In this document: positions 59,114-64,000 of the stretch, in pieces
Numbering within the stretch: the stretch's first letter is position 1
Layout of the letters: each line of letters opens with the position of its first letter
Assembly (NCBI GenBank): GCA_965659515.1
Contig: CBFHVC010000004.1
Location: 28,176 to 92,175 of the forward strand
Direction: 5' to 3'
From: Candidatus Arcticimaribacter sp.
Lineage (GTDB): Bacteria > Bacteroidota > Bacteroidia > Flavobacteriales > Flavobacteriaceae
DNA: 64,000 bases
The notes under the pieces: model-generated
Database searches by the model: none
Told to the model about the DNA's origin: nothing
The model's input: only the letters and a program-made list of their open reading frames with translations
Program-made: the position numbers and the translations under genes

Positions 59114-60121
59114 ATGAAGTTGACTTTTTTTGAGAACCTACTGTTTGGCATCAATGTTTTACTCTTGATTTTTCAATTGATGTTGATGGGGAGTATTCCT
59201 TCCTTTTTTAGTTTTTCTATCCTTAATTTATTTGTCCCGATTGTCGTACTGATTAATCTACTCTTTTTTTGTTACTGGGTTTTAAAAATGAAATGGCCTT
59301 TCTTGTTGTTTATGGGGGCTTTTTTGATGGGCTATGGCGAATGGAATTTATTGTACCAATTCCCAAATAATAGCATTAGAAAAAGTGCTGCAACTGTTTC
59401 TGTAATGAGTTATAATGTACGCCTATTTAACAAATACAATTGGATTAAAGGAGTAGATGTTGCTGAGGGAATCAGCAAAATGATACAGGAAAAAAATCCC
59501 GATATAATCTGTTTTCAAGAATATTCCAAAACCAACACCCCGCGCTTAGATGCCTATGAATACCGTTATATTCAGCCCAATCGATCCATGGGAAAATCGC
59601 CTCTAGCGATTTATTCTAAATTCCCTATTCTAGATCAAGGATATATTGATTTTGAGGCTTCTACCAACAGTGGTGCATACGTTGATTTATCTTATGGACG
59701 AAAGCGTTTTAGGGTTTATAATTTGCATTTAGAATCGTTTAGGATTAATGCGGAAGATAGTTTGTTTACCAATCCAGATTCTGACGCTATTCAGGTCAAA
59801 TTTGATGAGGTGTTTAAAAAGCAATTGAAACAAATTGCTCAGTTCAAAACGGTTGAAGCGAGCAACGACAATCCCTCAATTTTGTGTACAGATTTGAATA
59901 ATACCCAGTTTTCGAAAACCTATAAGGCGCTATCGGCCGGCCGCAAAGATACTTTTGCCCAGGCGGGTAAGGGTTTAGGAGAAACATTCTATTTTTCTTC
60001 TTTTCCTTTGCGCATTGATTTCATTTTTGCACATGAGGCCTTTAAAGTCAATTCTTTCGAAGTGATCCAAGAAACGTATTCTGACCACTATCCTGTTTTT
60101 ACCACTTTGGGGTGGAATTAA
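59114..60121 (+). CDS. Endonuclease/exonuclease/phosphatase (EEP) family protein, membrane-anchored
   Basis: 335 aa with N-terminal TM helices, then EEP motifs (VMSYNV, ICFQE, C-terminal SDHYPV). Confidence 0.78.
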   Translation: MKLTFFENLLFGINVLLLIFQLMLMGSIPSFFSFSILNLFVPIVVLINLLFFCYWVLKMKWPFLLFMGAFLMGYGEWNLLYQFPNNSIRKSAATVSVMSYNVRLFNKYNWIKGVDVAEGISKMIQEKNPDIICFQEYSKTNTPRLDAYEYRYIQPNRSMGKSPLAIYSKFPILDQGYIDFEASTNSGAYVDLSYGRKRFRVYNLHLESFRINAEDSLFTNPDSDAIQVKFDEVFKKQLKQIAQFKTVEASNDNPSILCTDLNNTQFSKTYKALSAGRKDTFAQAGKGLGETFYFSSFPLRIDFIFAHEAFKVNSFEVIQETYSDHYPVFTTLGWN

Positions 60122-60717
60122 ACAATTTGTTCTAGGTAGTCTAAACTTTGGGGACCCTGATTAAAGATCAAATCTAAGATACTCAAGTGGGGGATAAAGC
60201 CATATTTACTCTCAAAGACTTGAGCGTAGGGGGTAAGCGGAGGAAGTTTCTGATGTTTGGCCTTAATTAGCTTTTCTTCTTCCTGCTTTAATGGGCAATA
60301 GGTCTTTTCAAACGAAAAAGCTAGTTCAACTTCTAGCATCGATAAAATACAAGTAATCAGCCCAAGATTGTGGTCCATTAGTTTTTCGTGCTGTTGAAAG
60401 AAGCTCTCCTTTAGTTCATCTTCATAAAACTCAAAAAAGGGAGATGATCTGTAGGCAGAGGTAAGGGATTTCCAGTGCAACTTTTGCCAATTTTCTTCCC
60501 ACAAAATATTTACGTCCTTATCCTTTTGATTTTCTTTTTCTCTATTGTGTTGAATGGGAATCATTAAATTGAGTCGTCCATTGGCCCCATAGATACTGGT
60601 CCTATTGCGGTAAGTTTGTTTCTGGTAATTGTGCGCTAAAGTAAATACAGGATTATCTGCCTTAATTAAAGCATCGAAATATAGAATTGAAGGAAGATAA
60701 GTGGGGATAAATTGCAT
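60118..60717 (-). CDS. WbqC-family protein
   Basis: I prefer the start at ATG 60717 (MQFIPTYLPSILYFDALIKA...YQKQTYRNRTSIYGANG...LSILDLIFN), which matches the WbqC-like pattern. This start overlaps the lepB stop by 1 nt (TAATG). The track start is 60768. Confidence 0.72.
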   Translation of the reverse strand: MQFIPTYLPSILYFDALIKADNPVFTLAHNYQKQTYRNRTSIYGANGRLNLMIPIQHNREKENQKDKDVNILWEENWQKLHWKSLTSAYRSSPFFEFYEDELKESFFQQHEKLMDHNLGLITCILSMLEVELAFSFEKTYCPLKQEEEKLIKAKHQKLPPLTPYAQVFESKYGFIPHLSILDLIFNQGPQSLDYLEQIV

Positions 60718-62420
60718 TATTCCACCCGTTCTTTTTTTCGTCTTAAAACAAAAGCAATGAGTTGCCACAGCAAGATTGCACCTAAAACAAATGGACCGAA
60801 GGCAAAGGCCTTTCCTTCTCCTTTTACGGTGGTCATGACACGATCCCAGCGTATTTTCCAGTGGCGTATTCCATCGTTGATTCCTTCAATACTAAACCAA
60901 ATGAGCACCGGTTTGCCAACAATATGGTCTTCTGGAACAAAGCCCCAATAACGACTGTCTTCAGACCTGTGGCGGTTGTCACCCATCATCCAATAATAGT
61001 CTTGCTGAAAGGTGTACTGTGTGCTTTCTTTTCCGTTAATCAGAATAGTACCGGCTTTTTTCTCCAATCGATTCCCTTCATACTCCCGAATAATTTTTTT
61101 GTACAAAGGGAGATTTTCATTGGTCAAGTTAACGGTAACGCCTGCTTTTGGAAGTGTGATCGGACCAAAGTTATCTTCGTTCCAGTCATAAGGCAAGCTA
61201 TTAGGGAAAAAGCTAGTGTTGGCTGTTTTGTTCTTGTTTACTTTCCGCACAATGCTGTCAAATAAATCGCTTGTCTCTAGTTCTTTTGCTTCGGCCACAG
61301 TAAGCAGCATTTCCTTGCTTGTGTCTAATACTTCTCCGATTTTTATAGACAGCCCTTGAATGGCTTCCACTGGAATACCGGCTGCCGGTGCAATAACAAT
61401 GAAGTTGTCCCGATCATTGGAATAAATTCCATAAATATAAGGTAGCAGTGCGTCATAGCTTGCCTGCGTAATATTTTCAATGCGGTATTTACGGGTGAAA
61501 TCTTTTAATCCGCGGTTGTTTAGTTTTCGTCCAGAAACCCCTTTGGCGTTATAGCCCGTATGGACATATTGCGTTTTAGCCCGTTCTGGTAAGATACTCC
61601 GTTTTCCATTGATGTGAACAAAACCATCAATGATGGAAAGGGTGTCTCCAGGAATACCCACACAACGTTTCACGTAGTTTGATTTTTTGTCAATGGGTTT
61701 TCGCACTCCTTTTTCTTTGACAAAAAACTGTCGAACAGTATCTGCAGGCCAGCTAAAAACAACAATTTCATTGCGCTGTACTTTTTTAAAGCCAGGGAGT
61801 CTAAAATAGGGGAGTTGTGGGAAATCTAAATAAGATTTTGTTTTTATAATGGGTAGGGTATCATGAACCATAGGGAAAGCGACTGCTGTCATCGGGGTGC
61901 GCGCACCATAGTGAAATTTACTCACGAAAAGAAAATCTCCAATGAGGAGTGTTTTTTCTAGAGACCCTGTTGGGATTATATAGGGTTGAATAAAGTAATT
62001 GTGAACGATTGTAGCTGCTGTAATGGCAAAGAGTAAGGCGCTAATCCATTCACCAAACCATGTTCTTGGAACAAGGCTGCGATCGGTTTGGTAGGTAATG
62101 GCGTTGTTATAATTGATTGTGTAAGTGTAAAGACCAAAGGTGAGTAGGCCTAAAGCAGTATCTTTTGCGGTGTTCTTCCCAAAGCTGCGAAGGGTCTCTA
62201 CCCAAACAACAGGGAACATCATTAAATTAATGATGGGAATAAAAAGCAAAATAACCCACCATTTTGGGCGCCTTATGATTTGCATTAAAACGATAGCATT
62301 ATAAACAGGGACTAAAGCTTCCCAACTTTTTCTACCCGCCTTTTGATAGAGTTTCCAGGTCCCCCCAAAATGGATGAGTTGTACAACTAGAAAAAATAAA
62401 AACCATTGTAAAAGTGTCAT
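60717..62420 (-). CDS. lepB: Signal peptidase I (long Bacteroidetes form)
   Basis: 567 aa with the catalytic-Ser region IPTGSLEKTLLIGD, the Lys region VKRCVGIPGD and the box E motif GDNRHRSEDSRYWGFVP. Confidence 0.9.
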   Translation of the reverse strand: MTLLQWFLFFLVVQLIHFGGTWKLYQKAGRKSWEALVPVYNAIVLMQIIRRPKWWVILLFIPIINLMMFPVVWVETLRSFGKNTAKDTALGLLTFGLYTYTINYNNAITYQTDRSLVPRTWFGEWISALLFAITAATIVHNYFIQPYIIPTGSLEKTLLIGDFLFVSKFHYGARTPMTAVAFPMVHDTLPIIKTKSYLDFPQLPYFRLPGFKKVQRNEIVVFSWPADTVRQFFVKEKGVRKPIDKKSNYVKRCVGIPGDTLSIIDGFVHINGKRSILPERAKTQYVHTGYNAKGVSGRKLNNRGLKDFTRKYRIENITQASYDALLPYIYGIYSNDRDNFIVIAPAAGIPVEAIQGLSIKIGEVLDTSKEMLLTVAEAKELETSDLFDSIVRKVNKNKTANTSFFPNSLPYDWNEDNFGPITLPKAGVTVNLTNENLPLYKKIIREYEGNRLEKKAGTILINGKESTQYTFQQDYYWMMGDNRHRSEDSRYWGFVPEDHIVGKPVLIWFSIEGINDGIRHWKIRWDRVMTTVKGEGKAFAFGPFVLGAILLWQLIAFVLRRKKERVE

Positions 62421-62428
62421 AATCTACC

Positions 62429-63130
62429 TTATAAATTTAAAACATCGTTCATGGAAAAAAGGCCCTCTTTTCCTTGTAGCCATTCTGCAGCAATAACAGC
62501 ACCTAGGGCAAAGCCTTGTCTTGAGTGGGCCTTGTGCTCAATGCTAATTTCGTCTACCTCAGATCCATAGGTGATTTTGTGTGTCCCAGGAACTTCTCCT
62601 TCTCTGTATGCACTGATTTTAAGCTCATTTGTATTGGGTTCCATAGACCATGTTGCGTAACGATCATTGTGGGCTGCGATTCCTTCCGCTAAAGTAATGG
62701 CTGTTCCACTTGGCGCATCTAATTTATGAATGTGATGGGTTTCTTCAAGATGTGCATTGTACTGCTTGTTTTGTCCTTTCATCAATTGGGCTGTAAGGGC
62801 ATTTAGTTTGAAAAATAAATTCACCCCTATGCTAAAATTGGATGCATATAAAAAACCGCTTTTCTTGCTTGCACAATACTGATTGATTTCGTCCAATTGA
62901 TCTAACCATCCGGTGGTTCCACAAACCACGGGAACACCATGATCGAAAGCCATTTTCAGGTTACTAACCGCAGCAGAAGGAATGCTGAAATTAATGGCGA
63001 CATCTGCTTGAGAGAGCTCGCCTTCTTGACTGTCTTTGTCTAGTATAGCAACAATGTTGTGTCCGCGGTCTAAGGCCAATTGTTCTATGGCTTTCCCCAT
63101 TCTTCCGTATCCTAGTAAGGCTATTTTCAT
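62429..63130 (-). CDS. dapB: 4-hydroxy-tetrahydrodipicolinate reductase
   Basis: 233 aa with the NAD loop MKIALLGYGRMGKAI, then EETHHIHKLDAPSGTA and SRQGFALGA. Confidence 0.92.
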   Translation of the reverse strand: MKIALLGYGRMGKAIEQLALDRGHNIVAILDKDSQEGELSQADVAINFSIPSAAVSNLKMAFDHGVPVVCGTTGWLDQLDEINQYCASKKSGFLYASNFSIGVNLFFKLNALTAQLMKGQNKQYNAHLEETHHIHKLDAPSGTAITLAEGIAAHNDRYATWSMEPNTNELKISAYREGEVPGTHKITYGSEVDEISIEHKAHSRQGFALGAVIAAEWLQGKEGLFSMNDVLNL

Positions 63131-63132
63131 AG

Positions 63133-63687
63133 TTAAAACTTAAGTTGAAAAGCAATCCCAACAGCGGGATCTGCATAAATATTATCTTGATTAAAATAGG
63201 GCTTAAAAGCCAAATCTTGATCGACATTAAATTGTAATAAATGTGCTCCGACATTAGCGTCAAGCACATTGAGTAAATAGCCCCCAACAAGCCAAAGGAA
63301 AGCTAAATCTCGGTTGGTCTTATGAAATTTCATTCCCTCCAATATTTGGCTATTTAAAGCGATTCTATTGGAATATTGGTCAGAAAAGTCCCCTCGAATT
63401 CTTTGCTTATAGGCTGTTCTATAGGTATAGTAGGCATCACTTTGGGTTTTATAAAAATACCCTGCCGTTGCTAAACCGCCATAAATAATAGGAAGGGTCC
63501 AATAGCGTCGGGTATGTATTTGACCTAAACCAGGAAGGATCGCAGAATAGAAGGCTGCTTTTGAAGGGGTGAGATAATCTTTCTTAATCCGTTCCTTTCT
63601 GGGCAAGCTATCTAGGGCAGCACGATCTTGACCAAAGGTGAGCATTGAGAAGACCATGAAAAGTAAAAGTAGAAGTTTAGTCTTCAC
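63133..63687 (-). CDS. DUF5683-like secreted/outer-membrane protein
   Basis: 184 aa with a signal peptide and the SAILPGLGQIHTRRYWTLPIIYGG motif. It sits between parB and dapB, as I recall for Flavobacteriia. Confidence 0.55.
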   Translation of the reverse strand: MKTKLLLLLFMVFSMLTFGQDRAALDSLPRKERIKKDYLTPSKAAFYSAILPGLGQIHTRRYWTLPIIYGGLATAGYFYKTQSDAYYTYRTAYKQRIRGDFSDQYSNRIALNSQILEGMKFHKTNRDLAFLWLVGGYLLNVLDANVGAHLLQFNVDQDLAFKPYFNQDNIYADPAVGIAFQLKF

Positions 63688-64000
63688 GTTTTAAACGTTT
63701 TTTTATGCGACTAAAATCTTGTTGAGAGTCAAAAGGAATTTGAATTACACCTTTGCCATCTTTGTTAAAACTGATGTTTACCTCTACACCGAAAAAAGAT
63801 GTAAATTCTGTTTTTGCTTCTTCTAAAAAAGGGGGAGTATGAACAACTTCTTTTTCAACATCAGGTGTTTTAAGCCCTTTAACCAAGGCTTCTGTTTTAC
63901 GGACACTTAAGTCTCCTTTGATGATTTTTTGGTAAAGGTCAAGTTGTTCTTCTCGGTCTTCAACATTAATTAAAGCACGGCCATGTCCCATTGATAAAAA
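63677..64000 (-). CDS. parB: ParB/Spo0J family partition protein (C-terminal part; 5' end beyond the right edge)
   Basis: The frame stays open through base 64000, upstream of the track's internal Met. ..LSMGHGRALINV is the end of the ParB HTH, followed by the C-terminal dimerisation region. Its stop overlaps the next gene's start by 11 nt. Confidence 0.8.
   Translation of the reverse strand, partial: FLSMGHGRALINVEDREEQLDLYQKIIKGDLSVRKTEALVKGLKTPDVEKEVVHTPPFLEEAKTEFTSFFGVEVNISFNKDGKGVIQIPFDSQQDFSRIKKRLKRED

Overview
The window reads as a very compact core-genome segment of a Flavobacteriia (Bacteroidota) chromosome. The taxon call is an inference from several signals: gldI, bshC, the DUF349/DUF368/DUF3810/DUF5683 families, many lipoprotein or secreted hydrolases, no Shine-Dalgarno sequences, and recurrent TAnnTTTG '-7' promoter boxes. 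I call 57 protein-coding genes (two run off the window edges), nearly all housekeeping. They include guaA, pyrG, yidC, mnmA, lysA, sucC, uvrB, dapD, def, mazG, aroE, purA, fur, relA/spoT, ndk, recF, ribH, mutL, lepB, dapB and parB. I found no rRNA, tRNA, CRISPR array, transposase, integrase, prophage or recognisable defence/toxin cluster. By my hand tally only about 2 kb of the 64 kb is non-coding. I do not see a convincing novel multi-gene system, and the window looks ordinary. The points most worth a second look are listed here.
1. A 286-bp scar (29576-29861) holds the first ~32 codons of a HlyD-like adaptor and the last 38 codons of an ABC exporter, consistent with a deleted peptide-export locus.
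2. All six convergent gene junctions are 4-bp stop/stop overlaps with no room for terminators.
3. Several -7 boxes sit 2-7 nt from start codons, which predicts leaderless mRNAs.
4. A conserved hypothetical (21850-22920) carries protein-kinase-like catalytic motifs.
5. A cyclophilin-FKBP fusion lipoprotein lies next to GldI.
6. A secreted amidohydrolase pair keeps the HxH metal motif in only one of three modules.
All family assignments come from motif recognition by eye. No searches were run.
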